Positions 12,257 to 23,755 of a stretch of DNA of 64,000 nt are shown piece after piece (position 1 is the first letter of the stretch; each line of letters opens with the position of its first letter). The translations under genes and the position numbers were made by a program. The notes beneath the pieces are model-generated. The model was not told the DNA's origin. It did no database searches and worked only from the letters and a program-made list of their open reading frames with translations. The DNA is from Candidatus Multivoradales bacterium. Its GTDB lineage: Bacteria > Acidobacteriota > Thermoanaerobaculia > Multivoradales > JAHEKO01. The DNA lies in NCBI GenBank assembly GCA_965223155.1, contig CBDCVR010000013.1, forward strand, positions 224,001-288,000, read 5' to 3'.

Positions 12257-13168
12257 TCAACGAAAGACGATCCGGGGACGGATTACGCTCAAGCCGCGGT
12301 CGCCGAGGCTCTCGACCACCGAGCCCACCGCGACCAGCTGCCGGCGCTGGTTGACCAGCTTGAGCCAGTCTCCCTCCTCGCTGCCGGGTTGCTGCGTGAC
12401 GATGGTTTGGCCGTGGCGGATCCGTCGCTCCTGCTGAGGATCGGCCGTGATGGTGGAAAAGGGCAGAGGGATCTCGTCGAAAGAGATCCAGGCCGGCCCC
12501 AGAGTGGTGAGCTCGCCGGAGAAGCCGGCTTCGAGCGCGTCGGCCGTGGTGGCGGCCTCGACCGCGAACGGACCGACCGCCAGGCGGCGCAAGGATTCCA
12601 GGTGCGCGCCGCAGCCGAGCGTTTCACCCAAGTCATGCGCGATCGAGCGGACGTAGGTCCCCGACGAACAGGCGAGCCGGAAGGCTAGCCGGCCGTTTTC
12701 GAGCGGCTCGGTGCGCTCGAAGTCGAAGATGGTGATCTGTTTCAATGCGGTCGGGACCTCTTTGCCCCGCCGGGCCAGCTCGTAGTACTTGACGCCCTGA
12801 ATCTTCTTGGCGCTGTAGGGTGGTGCCGCCTGTTCGGAGACTCCGACCATTGCGGCCATGGCGTCAGCCAAGGCTTCGGCCTCCAGGCCGTCGATCGGAC
12901 GCTCGCTGGTGACCGTGCCGCTGGCGTCATAGGTATCCGTGCTGGCGCCGAAGGCGATGACCCCGGAGTAGGTCTTGGGAGCGTTAATCAGGAACCGGGT
13001 GAGCCGGGTGGCAAGACCCAGGGTGAGAACCAGAAGTCCGGTTGCCGCCGGGTCCAAAGTGCCGCAATGCCCCACCTTCTTCTGGCGGATGGTCCGCCGC
13101 ACCGTCTGAACCACGTCGTGGGAGGTGCAGTCGGGGGTCTTGTCGATGAGCAGGAGGCCGCTATGCAT
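12257..13168 (-). CDS. truB: tRNA pseudouridine(55) synthase
   Basis: KKVGHCGTLDPAATG and CSSGTYVRS. Confidence 0.97.
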   Translation of the reverse strand: MHSGLLLIDKTPDCTSHDVVQTVRRTIRQKKVGHCGTLDPAATGLLVLTLGLATRLTRFLINAPKTYSGVIAFGASTDTYDASGTVTSERPIDGLEAEALADAMAAMVGVSEQAAPPYSAKKIQGVKYYELARRGKEVPTALKQITIFDFERTEPLENGRLAFRLACSSGTYVRSIAHDLGETLGCGAHLESLRRLAVGPFAVEAATTADALEAGFSGELTTLGPAWISFDEIPLPFSTITADPQQERRIRHGQTIVTQQPGSEEGDWLKLVNQRRQLVAVGSVVESLGDRGLSVIRPRIVFR

Positions 13169-14165
13169 AGGTGGGCTTGTTGGATTCCTTGAGAGAAGCC
13201 GTCAGGGCTTCGATCACAGCTTGGCGGGCCTCCGCCGGAGCCAGGTCCGAGGCGAAGCCGGCAGCGTTGTGATGGCCACCGCCGCCCTGCGCGCGGGCGA
13301 TCTCCTCGACGTTGAGCCGCCCCCGACTGCGCAGGGACACCTTCGACCCGCCCTCCGGAAGCTCACGCACCACGGCCGCTGCCTCCACGCCGTCGATCGA
13401 GCGCGGGACGTTGATCAGCCCCTCGGTATCGCCGGACGTAGCCCCGGAGCTTTCGAACATCTCTCCAGTGAGCAAGGCCGTCGCCAGCCGACCGCCGGCG
13501 TGAAACTCCAGGCTCCCGAGCATCTCCCGGGTCAGGAGGACCGATGCCGCCGACCGGCTCTCGTAGAGCCATTGAGCAACCTCGGCGGGCAGCGCGCCCT
13601 CGCGGGTGAGCCGGGCGGCGGCGTCGAAGGCCCGCTCGGTCGTGTTGCCGAAGCGGAATCCGCCTGTGTCGCTCACCAGTGCCGCGAGCAAGCACGTCGC
13701 GGAATTCCGGTCGAGCCGCAGGGCCAGTGCGTCGGCCAGAGTCACCAGCATCTCACCCAACGCCGGCGCCTCACTGTCGACCCAGTTGGCCTTGCCGTAG
13801 TTGGCGTTGCCCAGGTGGTGGTCGATGTTGATGAGATCGACGCCAGCGCCGAGAAGCTCGTCCTCCAGTCCGCAACGGTCCAGCGTCGGGCACTCGAGCA
13901 CGACCACGGCATCCGCGTCGGCGAGCGCCGCGGGCGGTTCGGTGCCGGTGTGAGTCCGGTTCGCTCCCGGAAGATGGCGCAGAACCGAGGGCACCTCGTC
14001 CCGCAGCCAGATCTCGGCCAGCTTGCCGCCCGAGCGCAGCAGGCGGGCGAGGCCCAGGCTGGACCCGATCGCGTCGCCGTCCGGATTGCGGTGGCTCGTG
14101 ATCAGGAAGCGCTGGCCGTTGCGTAGCTCGCGCAGGAGCGCGAGCGGTGCGTCATTCTTCTTCAT
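13161..14165 (-). CDS. nrnA: DHH/DHHA1 phosphoesterase (nanoRNase/pAp phosphatase NrnA)
   Basis: HRNPDGDAIGS, IDHH, SDTGGF and GGGHHNAAG. Confidence 0.9.
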   Translation of the reverse strand: MKKNDAPLALLRELRNGQRFLITSHRNPDGDAIGSSLGLARLLRSGGKLAEIWLRDEVPSVLRHLPGANRTHTGTEPPAALADADAVVVLECPTLDRCGLEDELLGAGVDLINIDHHLGNANYGKANWVDSEAPALGEMLVTLADALALRLDRNSATCLLAALVSDTGGFRFGNTTERAFDAAARLTREGALPAEVAQWLYESRSAASVLLTREMLGSLEFHAGGRLATALLTGEMFESSGATSGDTEGLINVPRSIDGVEAAAVVRELPEGGSKVSLRSRGRLNVEEIARAQGGGGHHNAAGFASDLAPAEARQAVIEALTASLKESNKPTYA

Positions 14166-14499
14166 GAAGCTGCTCCAGGAGTTGTTCGATGTGCTGGCTG
14201 TGCTCGGGACCGCGATCCAGCTCGAAGCGAAGATCCGGCGTTGTCTTCATGCCCCGCAAGCGACGGGCCAGCTCGTTTCTGAGGAATCCTCGGGCACCGT
14301 CGAGGGCCGCTAGGATTTCGCTGCGCAGGTTGTCGTCTCCCACCACCGAAACGGAGATGATGGCCCGTTTGAGATCCGGCGTCAGGCGTACACCCGAGAT
14401 CGACGCCTGGCGGACACGGCCGTCATGGACTCGGCGCAGGAGGACGTCCGCGAGCTCGCGCCAGACCAGGTCCGCGACTCGATCGGGCCGGTGGCTCAT
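14152..14499 (-). CDS. rbfA: Ribosome-binding factor A
   Basis: RVADLVWREL and TPDLRFELD, in the infB operon context. Confidence 0.93.
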   Translation of the reverse strand: MSHRPDRVADLVWRELADVLLRRVHDGRVRQASISGVRLTPDLKRAIISVSVVGDDNLRSEILAALDGARGFLRNELARRLRGMKTTPDLRFELDRGPEHSQHIEQLLEQLHEEE

Positions 14500-14789
14500 C
14501 GGAAGTCCTCGAGTAGCTCGGCTGTCCAGTCCAGCAGCAGGGCGCCCTCGACCGAGTCGATAAGGCGGCGGATCGCATCCAGGGTGGCGCGGGCGCGCGA
14601 GCGGTCGGAGTTGACGAACGCGAAGCCCAGCCGCGCGCGCTGGTGGAGGTCCTGGTCGGCGACCTCGGCCGCCGAGACCTGGAACCGTTGCCGGACGCGG
14701 TCCAGCACGCTCTTGACCACTCGCCGCTTGTCCTTGAGGCTGCGCGCGGACGGAATGTGAAGCTCGGCCACACCGATTCCCACGATCAT
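14496..14789 (-). CDS. DUF503 (YlxP) family protein
   Basis: SLKDKRRVVKS and RFQVSAAEV. Lies between infB and rbfA. Confidence 0.9.
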   Translation of the reverse strand: MIVGIGVAELHIPSARSLKDKRRVVKSVLDRVRQRFQVSAAEVADQDLHQRARLGFAFVNSDRSRARATLDAIRRLIDSVEGALLLDWTAELLEDFR

Positions 14790-14856
14790 TGCTGCGTTCT
14801 CGTCTTGAGGACCGGGCCGCTCGGCTCCGGTCCGTTGATTCGGGACGGCTCCGCTG

Positions 14857-17118
14857 CTAGAGCGACGGAGCGATCTCTTTCTTGAGGTAACCCTCGATCA
14901 CGTCGCCCGGCTTGACGTCCTGGAACCGTTCGAGCCGGATGCCACAGTCGAAGCCGGTCCGGACCTCGGAGACGTCTTCCTTGAAGCGGCGGAGCGACCC
15001 GATGGCGCCGTCGTGAACGACGACGTTGTCCCGCAGCAGGCGGACCTTGGCGTTGCGGGGAATCGTGCCTTCCACGACATGGCAGCCCGCGACCACGCCG
15101 AGTTTCGGGATGGAGAAGATCTCCCGCACCTCGGCCCGGCCGCTGGTGACCTCCTCGAAGGTGGGTTCCAGGAGTCCGGTCATGGCTTTGCGCAGCTCGC
15201 CGGTGAGCTCGTAGATGACCGTATGGAGGCGGATGTCCACCGCCTCGCGCTCAGACAGATCGGCGGCGTTCTGCTCCGGGCGCACGTTGAAGCCGACGAC
15301 GATGGCCTCGGAGGCCGAAGCCAGTAGCACGTCGTTGGTGGTGATCGCTCCGACCCCGGAGTGGATCACCTGGACGCGCACCTTGTCGGTGGAGAGCCGG
15401 CCGAGGGCGTCGATCAGAACCTCGACCGAGCCCTGAACGTCGGCCTTGAGCACGATCGGCAAGTCCTTGGCCTCTCCGGCCTGAATGCGGTCGAAGAGCT
15501 GATCCAGCGAGACCTTGCCGGCCGCCGGTGCCAGAGCCTTCTGCCGCAGCTCTTCACGGCGAAAGTCCGCGACGCTGCGAGCCTTCGACTCGCTCTCGAC
15601 CACCTGGAAGGGATCGCCCGCATCCGGCACCTCGTTGAAGCCAGTGACTTCCACCGGCGTTGCGGGGCCAGCCTCGTCCAGGCGGTCGCCCAGGTCGTTG
15701 GTCATCGAACGCACGCGACCGTGGGTGGCTCCGGCGACGAAGACGTCGCCCGTGTGCAAGGTGCCGTTCTGAACCAAGACGGTGGCGACGATGCCGCGCC
15801 CGGCTTCCTTCTGAGCCTCCAGGATCAGGCCCTGGGCCGATAGGTCGGAGTCGGCCTTGAGCTCGAGAAGATCCGAGGTCAGGAGAATCATCTCGAGGAG
15901 CTCGTCGATGCCTTCCTTCTTGAGCGCCGAAATCGGCACGGCGACCGTGTCGCCTCCCCATTCCTCGGCCGCCACGCCGTGGTCGGCGAGTTCCTTCTTG
16001 GCCCGCTCGACGTTGGCGTTGGCCTTGTCAACCTTATTGATGGCGATGATGATCGGGACGGCGGCAGCCTTGGCGTGATCGATGGCCTCGATCGTCTGCG
16101 GCATGACGCTGTCGTCGGCGGCAACGACCAGCACGACGATGTCGGTGGCCTTGGCGCCGCGGCTTCGCATGCGGGTAAACGCCTCGTGACCGGGCGTGTC
16201 CAGGAAGACAACCTTGCGGCCGCTGACCTCGACTTGGTAGGCGCCGATGTGCTGGGTGATGCCGCCGAACTCGCTTTCGGTGACCTTGGACGAGCGGATG
16301 GCGTCGAGCAGCGTCGTCTTCCCGTGATCGACGTGGCCCATGATGGTGACAACGGGGCCCCGCGGCTCGGTGCCGTCCGACTCCTCGCGCAGCTGGACCT
16401 CTTCTTCGAAGGTCACGGTCATGGCTTCGACCCCGAGGGCCTCGGCGACCTCGAGCGCCAGCTCGGGCTCGATGACATGGTTGATCGTCGCCATGACGCC
16501 CTGGCCGACAAGATGGCGGATCAGGTCTTTCGACTTGACCCCCAGCTTCTCGGCGAATTCGCGCACGGTCATGGCCTCGGTGATCGTGATCGGATCGGTC
16601 GGCGCGTCCTCCTTGAACGAGATCGCCTGGCTAGCGCTGCGCTGGCGACGCCGGCTGCGTCGCTCGCGGCGGCCGGTCTCCTGGACTTCGGCGACTTCGG
16701 CTAGAGCCGCGGCGGCTTCTTCGGCGGCCCGCTCGGGCGGAGCGGCCTGGTCCTCGGTGGTCTTGCTAGGTGCCGGTGTCGCCGGCTTCGGCGTCCCGCT
16801 GGTCGGGATCGTCCGAATGCGCGGTTCGACGCGCTGAATCATGCGCCGGCCGCGCGGCCGGAGACCCGTGGGCATGCGCCGCTGGGGAGGACGGCGGCGG
16901 GGGGTCGGTTTGGCGGTGGCCGCGGCCTCGGCGTCCCGGAGGATGACCTCCCGCGGCTGAGCCATGGCCTTGCCCTGAAGCACGGCGGCGATGATGCTGG
17001 AATCCACCGTCGGGTTCTTCTCGTCGATCTGCACCCCGATGGACTTGAGCTTGAATAGCAGGTCCTGGCTCTCGATGCCCATCTTCTTGGCCAGATCTTG
17101 GACCCGAATCTTTCCCAT
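14857..17118 (-). CDS. infB: Translation initiation factor IF-2
   Basis: [27 protein letters not shown], and C-terminal SLRRFKEDV. Confidence 0.98.
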   Translation of the reverse strand: MGKIRVQDLAKKMGIESQDLLFKLKSIGVQIDEKNPTVDSSIIAAVLQGKAMAQPREVILRDAEAAATAKPTPRRRPPQRRMPTGLRPRGRRMIQRVEPRIRTIPTSGTPKPATPAPSKTTEDQAAPPERAAEEAAAALAEVAEVQETGRRERRSRRRQRSASQAISFKEDAPTDPITITEAMTVREFAEKLGVKSKDLIRHLVGQGVMATINHVIEPELALEVAEALGVEAMTVTFEEEVQLREESDGTEPRGPVVTIMGHVDHGKTTLLDAIRSSKVTESEFGGITQHIGAYQVEVSGRKVVFLDTPGHEAFTRMRSRGAKATDIVVLVVAADDSVMPQTIEAIDHAKAAAVPIIIAINKVDKANANVERAKKELADHGVAAEEWGGDTVAVPISALKKEGIDELLEMILLTSDLLELKADSDLSAQGLILEAQKEAGRGIVATVLVQNGTLHTGDVFVAGATHGRVRSMTNDLGDRLDEAGPATPVEVTGFNEVPDAGDPFQVVESESKARSVADFRREELRQKALAPAAGKVSLDQLFDRIQAGEAKDLPIVLKADVQGSVEVLIDALGRLSTDKVRVQVIHSGVGAITTNDVLLASASEAIVVGFNVRPEQNAADLSEREAVDIRLHTVIYELTGELRKAMTGLLEPTFEEVTSGRAEVREIFSIPKLGVVAGCHVVEGTIPRNAKVRLLRDNVVVHDGAIGSLRRFKEDVSEVRTGFDCGIRLERFQDVKPGDVIEGYLKKEIAPSL

Positions 17119-17155
17119 TTCTTGGAACTCCTGACAGCGCGCGCCTGCGGCCGGC

Positions 17156-18622
17156 TTACTCTTCCTCGGATGCCGCTCCGTCGGCGTCTTCCGCTTCCTG
17201 CAAGGCCTGGCTCAACGCGGCCATGAAGTCTGAGTCATCGACCGCGGGACTCTCGCTCACGGCCGGCTCGGCCTCCATGGCCACTTCTTCTTCTGCCGGC
17301 GCGTCATCATCCTCGCGGAAGGTCTCTGCCCATTGGAGGATGGCCTTGGCGGTCTTGGGGCCGACGCCTTCCAGCTCGGCGAGGACGTCCGGATCGGCGG
17401 CCAGAAGCGCGCCCAGTTCGCCGTATCCGGCTTCCGCGAGGATCTCGGCGGTCTTGGCACCTACTCCCGGAGCCGCGGTCAGGTCGAAGACCCTTTCCGG
17501 AGCGGCCTCGGTCTCTTCAGCCATGGCGGTTTCCAGCATCTTGGCGAGGGCGTCGGCGACCTCGTCCTTCACGTCCGTTTCACTCTTGATGTCGATCTTG
17601 GACTTCAGGAGCTCCGCCGCCAGGCGCACGTTCTGGCCGCGCTTGCCGATGGCCAACGAGAGCTGCTCGTCCTCGACGATCACGTCGAGATGCGGCGTCT
17701 CACCCTGGTGGGTCACCGAAACGCGGGTGATCCGGGCCGGAGCGAGGGCGCTCTGGGCAAAGGTCACCAAGTCTTCGCTGTACTCGATGATGTCGATCTT
17801 CTCGCCGCGCAGCTCGCGGATGATGGACTGCACCCGGGACCCCTTCATGCCGACGCAGGCGCCGACCGGATCGACGTCTCGCTCACGGCTGAAGACCGCC
17901 ACCTTGGCGCGCTCGCCCGGAGCACGGACCGCGGCCTTGATCAGCACCGTACCGTCGTAAATCTCCGGGACCTCGGTCTCGAACAGCTTGACCAGGAGGC
18001 GCGGATCGGTTCGGGATAGGACCACCTGGGGCCCCTTGGGCTGCATGTGAACGTCGATGATGACGGCGCGGATGCGCTCGCCCTGGCTGTAGCGCTCGTG
18101 ACGGGACTGCTCGCTACGCGGCACCACGGCCTCGGTGCGGCCCAGATCCACGATGATGTCGCCGCGCTCGAAGCGCTTGACGGTGCCGTTCAGGACCTCG
18201 CCGACGCGATCGATGTACTCGTTGTAGATCTTCTCGCGCTCGGCCTCGCGCACACGCTGGTACAGAACCTGTTTCGCCGACTGAGCTGCGATGCGGCCCA
18301 GACCTTCGGTCGAGATCGGGATGTGGATCTCGTCGCCGACGGCGGCGTCGGGCTTCTCGTCTGCGGCTTCCTCGACGGTCCACTCGGCCAGCGGGTCCTC
18401 GACCTCGTCGACCACGGTCTTGACGATGAAGGCGTCGAAGCCGCCGCTGGAGCGGTCGAAGGTGGCCCGCACGGGAGCCTTGATGCGGTGCTGCTTCTTG
18501 GCCGCCGACGCCATCGCGTCTTCGAGCGCCGAGATCCATCGATCGATGTCGATGTCCTTCTCGCGCGAGACCTGGTCCAAGAGCTCGGTGAGGTTGAATT
18601 CGGGTGCTTTTACTGCCGCCAT
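17156..18622 (-). CDS. nusA: Transcription termination/antitermination factor NusA with C-terminal HhH repeats and acidic tail
   Basis: GRIAAQSAKQV, DPVGACVGMKGSRVQ and LAIGKRGQNVRLA. Confidence 0.98.
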   Translation of the reverse strand: MAAVKAPEFNLTELLDQVSREKDIDIDRWISALEDAMASAAKKQHRIKAPVRATFDRSSGGFDAFIVKTVVDEVEDPLAEWTVEEAADEKPDAAVGDEIHIPISTEGLGRIAAQSAKQVLYQRVREAEREKIYNEYIDRVGEVLNGTVKRFERGDIIVDLGRTEAVVPRSEQSRHERYSQGERIRAVIIDVHMQPKGPQVVLSRTDPRLLVKLFETEVPEIYDGTVLIKAAVRAPGERAKVAVFSRERDVDPVGACVGMKGSRVQSIIRELRGEKIDIIEYSEDLVTFAQSALAPARITRVSVTHQGETPHLDVIVEDEQLSLAIGKRGQNVRLAAELLKSKIDIKSETDVKDEVADALAKMLETAMAEETEAAPERVFDLTAAPGVGAKTAEILAEAGYGELGALLAADPDVLAELEGVGPKTAKAILQWAETFREDDDAPAEEEVAMEAEPAVSESPAVDDSDFMAALSQALQEAEDADGAASEEE

Positions 18623-18634
18623 GAGATGAGATTC

Positions 18635-19126
18635 CTAGAACTGCGGATCGAGCCGCGTTTGCACGATGTCGTGGAAGGGGACCGTGCGGGTGCCATCGGC
18701 GAACTCGAAGGTCGCCGCGGAGCCCGACGGGTCGAGGCCGACGAGGACCGCCTCGTCGGTGCGTTTGCGGCCCGAGTCGGTCCAGGTGATGCGGACGGCG
18801 GAGCCGCGGAAGCGCTCGTAATCTCCCCCGGAGTAGAGCTCACGGTCGAGCCCGGGGGAGCTGACCTCGAGGGTGTAACGGCCGCCGCCGAAATCGACCA
18901 CGTCCAGAAACGCCGACGCTTCCCGCGAGACGGTCTCGCAATGGGCCAGCCCGACGCCCTCCTTGCGATCCAGGATGAGTTTGAGGACGCCGCCGGCGAA
19001 CGAAGCCTCCAAGAGCTCGCAGTCGTTGCGTCGGGCAACGGCGACGAGCTCCTCACAGACCTCGGCCGGGACGTTTCTGGTCACCGGGTCGGTGGTAGGT
19101 GGTGCCTTCGTCTGAGCGTTCTTCAT
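18635..19126 (-). CDS. rimP: Ribosome maturation factor RimP
   Basis: YTLEVSSPGLDREL. First gene of the nusA operon; ATG 19126 chosen. Confidence 0.93.
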   Translation of the reverse strand: MKNAQTKAPPTTDPVTRNVPAEVCEELVAVARRNDCELLEASFAGGVLKLILDRKEGVGLAHCETVSREASAFLDVVDFGGGRYTLEVSSPGLDRELYSGGDYERFRGSAVRITWTDSGRKRTDEAVLVGLDPSGSAATFEFADGTRTVPFHDIVQTRLDPQF

Positions 19127-19150
19127 CCTTCGCACTCGCGCTCCGACGAC

Positions 19151-19183
19151 AAAAAAAAAGGAGTGGGACGCCCCCACTTCCCC
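19151..19183 (-). terminator. rimP-leader intrinsic terminator/attenuator
   Basis: Minus strand AGTGGG-GGCGT-CCCACT-CC-T9, about 25 nt upstream of rimP and downstream of its promoter. Confidence 0.8.
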
Positions 19184-19271
19184 ATCGTCGGCCCGCCGCA
19201 GCCCATCGTTGGCCCTCTGCCGGCTCCCCGCCGACAGCCGGCAAGAGAGCCCGGGCAACGCGAGCGGCTCG

Positions 19272-19301
19272 ATTATAGGCACGCTTTCAGGCCGCTTTCA
19301 A
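19272..19301 (-). promoter_or_regulatory. Sigma70-type promoter of the rimP-nusA-infB operon
   Basis: Minus strand TTGAAA-N18-TATAAT, striking in high-GC DNA. Confidence 0.75.
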
Positions 19302-19503
19302 CCCGTTCGAGGGATCTCGCTGAAGTGGCCGTCGAGACCTCTGTTGCGGTCATTGCGGCTGCCTCCGAGGAGCGGGAGTCCTGCCAAATTGGCGCCGCGG
19401 GTCGCTCGAAGCTACCTCCTCGGGCTTCTGAGCGTGGCAAGCGCCTTGCTTCCGGGTCCCTCGTGGTTACTTGCCGAACGATCAGCCAGCAGGGAGGACG
19501 AGC

Positions 19504-21024
19504 ATGAAACCCACGAGCCGAAAACTCTTGACCGCGGTGCTCGTCTTTGGGGCGGTGGTCTTTGGCATGGTCCTGGCCGGTGGCCTCGACCTGACCAGCC
19601 CGAGCGTCAGCGCGCCCACCGACTCCAGCCGAGCCCGGCCGGCGCTGGCGGTCTCCAACGGATTTCCGGATTTTGCCGAGCTGGCCGATCGCGTAGGCCC
19701 GGCGGTCGCCTCGATTGAGGCCCGGTCCTTCGAACGGGCGCCCTCGCGGCGCCAGGTGGATCCCTTCGAGTTCTTCTTCGGTCCGCCCAGGCGGCGGGAC
19801 CCCCGCAATGAGGACAATGGCGACGGCGAGGAGTTTCGCCAGGAGTCCGGCGGCAGTGGCTTCGTGATCTCCGCCGACGGCCTGGTGGTGACCAACAACC
19901 ACGTCATCCGAGGCGCCGAAGAAGTTCAAGTGCATCTTGGCGAGCGAACCTACGAGGCCGAAGTCAAGGGTAAGGACGCGGCCACGGATCTGGCCCTGCT
20001 GCAGATCAAGGGCGAGGGCGAGTTCCCGTATCTGGATCTGGGCAACAGCGACGAACTCCGGGTGGGCGAGTGGGTGATGGCGATAGGCAGTCCTTTGGGC
20101 CTCGCCGACACCGTGACCGTCGGCGTCGTCAGCGCAAAGGGCCGCCGCATCAACATCAGCCAAGAGACGCAGTCGTTCGAGAACTTCATTCAAACCGACG
20201 CCGCGATCAACTTCGGCAACTCGGGCGGACCTCTGGTCAACCTTCGGGGAGAGGTCGTCGGCATCAACACCGCGATCAACTGGGGCTCCGAGAACATCGG
20301 TTTCGCCGTGCCCGTCGGCATCCTCGAACAGGTCCTGCCGGCTCTGCGCGACGAAGGGCGAGTCCGCCGTGGCTACCTGGGCATCGGCGTGCTGGACCTC
20401 GACCAGGACGCGGCCGAAGCCTTCGGCCTGACCTCGACCGACGGGGCTCTCGTGACCGACGTCATGGAGGACCAGCCGGCGCAGAAGGCCGGCTTGCGCC
20501 AAGGCGACATCATCCTCGGCGTCGATGGCAGGAAGATCAAGACCACGCGCGAGCTCATCGACTATGTTTCGCTCCAGGGTCCCGAGGCCAGCGTCGAGGT
20601 CGAGCTGCTGCGTAACGGCAAGCGCATGACCAAGACGGTGCAGCTGGCCGAGCGTCCGAGCGACACCGCCGAGGTCCCCGAAGCGGACGAGGACGAAGAG
20701 CGGGGGATCGAGTGGCTCGGTCTCCGCTACCAGAATCTGACACCGGGACTCCGCGAATCGCATGGCATCCCCGACGGTTTCGAAGGGGTGTGGATCACCA
20801 GCGTCTCGCCGCGGAGCCCGCTCTACGACGAAGGCGTCCAGACCCGGAACGTCATCAACATCATCACCGAGGTCAACGGTGAGGCGGTGACGGACGTCGA
20901 AGAGTTCGAGGCGATCGTCCGCGACGCGCCGCCGGCCTCGCGTCTACGAATCTATCTGGAGCGTTTCTCTGGCGGCCGGGAGCTGGGACCGATCTTCGCC
21001 TTCCCGCAGGTTCCGCGCGAGTAG
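19504..21024 (+). CDS. HtrA/DegP-family periplasmic serine protease with 2 PDZ domains
   Basis: Signal/TM segment, GSGFVI, TNNHV, TDLALL, QTDAAINFGNSGGPL. GGAGG upstream. Confidence 0.95.
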   Translation: MKPTSRKLLTAVLVFGAVVFGMVLAGGLDLTSPSVSAPTDSSRARPALAVSNGFPDFAELADRVGPAVASIEARSFERAPSRRQVDPFEFFFGPPRRRDPRNEDNGDGEEFRQESGGSGFVISADGLVVTNNHVIRGAEEVQVHLGERTYEAEVKGKDAATDLALLQIKGEGEFPYLDLGNSDELRVGEWVMAIGSPLGLADTVTVGVVSAKGRRINISQETQSFENFIQTDAAINFGNSGGPLVNLRGEVVGINTAINWGSENIGFAVPVGILEQVLPALRDEGRVRRGYLGIGVLDLDQDAAEAFGLTSTDGALVTDVMEDQPAQKAGLRQGDIILGVDGRKIKTTRELIDYVSLQGPEASVEVELLRNGKRMTKTVQLAERPSDTAEVPEADEDEERGIEWLGLRYQNLTPGLRESHGIPDGFEGVWITSVSPRSPLYDEGVQTRNVINIITEVNGEAVTDVEEFEAIVRDAPPASRLRIYLERFSGGRELGPIFAFPQVPRE

Positions 21025-21047
21025 GCGTTTCACAAACCTCCTTGGCC

Positions 21048-21078
21048 GGGGCCGGCCCGCGATCTGCGGGCCGGCCCC
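21048..21078 (+). terminator. GC-rich hairpin after degP (possible U-less terminator or stability hairpin)
   Basis: Perfect 13-bp stem GGGGCCGGCCCGC-GATCT-GCGGGCCGGCCCC with no U tract. Confidence 0.5.
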
Positions 21079-21282
21079 CAGCCTGCACCTCGCACCAGCA
21101 TCCGGTCCGAAGGCCACGCATGCCCGGGCTTCTCGACGTAGCCACGGCCACGCTTGCATCGCCCCGCCTCGCCCGTCGTACCTTCTAACATTCGCGAACG
21201 CCGGTGAGAAGTCCTGGCTAGCCATCTCGCAGCGTCCCTAGGCCGGGCGCCGGAGTCCCCCGAAGACGGTAGACTCCGCGCC

Positions 21283-22670
<1,388 letters not shown>

Positions 22671-22671
<1 letters not shown>

Positions 22672-23264
22672 TGCCGGGCGCCGTGGACTCGGTCCCCGAA
22701 CTGGACCTCGAGCGGGAGCTTCTGGCCTCAGGGGCGCTTCGGGAGGGACATTTCGAGCTCTCCTCGGGCCTTCATTCGGCTCGGTACGTCCAGTGCGCCA
22801 AGCTGCTTGAAGCGCCCGGCCGAGCCGACGCCGTCGGCCGGGCCCTGGCGCGCCGGTTGCTGGACCTGCCACTCGACTCGATCGTGGCGCCGGCCCTGGG
22901 CGGCCTGGTCATCGGCTACACCGTGGCGAAGGCTCTCGACGTCCCGTTTCGGTTCGTCGAGCGCTTGGCGGGCGCGATGGCCCTGCGGCGTGGATTCGAG
23001 CTGGCGCCGGGCGAGCGGGTCGTGATCGTGGAAGACGTGGTGACCACCGGGGGCTCGGCGCTCGAGGCCGGCGAGGTGGTGCGGTCGCTCGGCGCCGAGG
23101 TCCTGGCCTATGCGGCGATCATCGATCGGACCGGCGGCGTCGGGCCCTTCGATGCACCGTTCGCCTGTCTCCACGAGCTCGAGGTCGCGACCTTCGACCC
23201 CGCGTCGTGCCCGCTGTGCCGACAAGAGGTTCCTCTGTCGATTCCGGGCAGCCGCCGCTCCTGA
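22671..23264 (+). CDS. pyrE: Orotate phosphoribosyltransferase
   Basis: GHFELSSGLHS and the PRPP motif VEDVVTTGGS. Confidence 0.94.
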
Positions 23265-23331
23265 CGCAGGCGCGGCCGATTGGCTGGTGGCCCGGGGGTC
23301 CGACGGCCGTCTGGGTTGCAGTCGTGGTGCT

Positions 23332-23562
23332 CTAAGCGTGCCGGTAGAGCCGGTCGATCGCGCTCTTGAGCGCCGGGATGCGGCCCAAAGACTCGGCATC
23401 GCGGGCGGAGACTTCGAGGGGCCACTCTTGCTCGGCGATGTCCTGGACGGCAATCGTCCAGGTGCCCTCCTCCGCGCGCCAGGCTCCCTCGCCGGCGAGC
23501 AGATTCCAGCCAGAGGGAAGGTAACTCCGCACTTCGAGGGCGGTATAGCCGGGGTCGCTCAC
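23332..23562 (-). CDS. Small hypothetical protein (76 aa)
   Basis: Protein-like composition. Fills the gap between pyrE and the acyl-CoA dehydrogenase. TAGACT lies 6 nt before the GTG. Confidence 0.7.
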   Translation of the reverse strand: MSDPGYTALEVRSYLPSGWNLLAGEGAWRAEEGTWTIAVQDIAEQEWPLEVSARDAESLGRIPALKSAIDRLYRHA

Positions 23563-23755
23563 GAGGGGAGTCTATCTCGACTTGGAACCGGCTGGAATCG
23601 GTCGCGGGCCGCATTGGGGATGAAAAATGCGATCGTGCCGGCGTGCTAGGATCGGGGTCCGGAAGGCGTTCGCTTTCCGGCAACCCAGCAGGCTAGCGGC
23701 CGGACCTCTCGCGAGCTCGGACTCACGAGTTCGGCGGCGCTGACGCGAGGACGAC

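Noticed and set aside
19161-19171. GAGTGGGACGC, resembling part of a c-di-GMP-I riboswitch
   Set aside because: The GGCAAAC/GNRA and P3 elements are absent. It is better explained as the minus-strand rimP-leader terminator stem.
23654-23670. GGTCCGGAAGG, resembling the SRP RNA domain IV
   Set aside because: It lacks the CAGG...AGCAG internal-loop motif and the long flanking helix.
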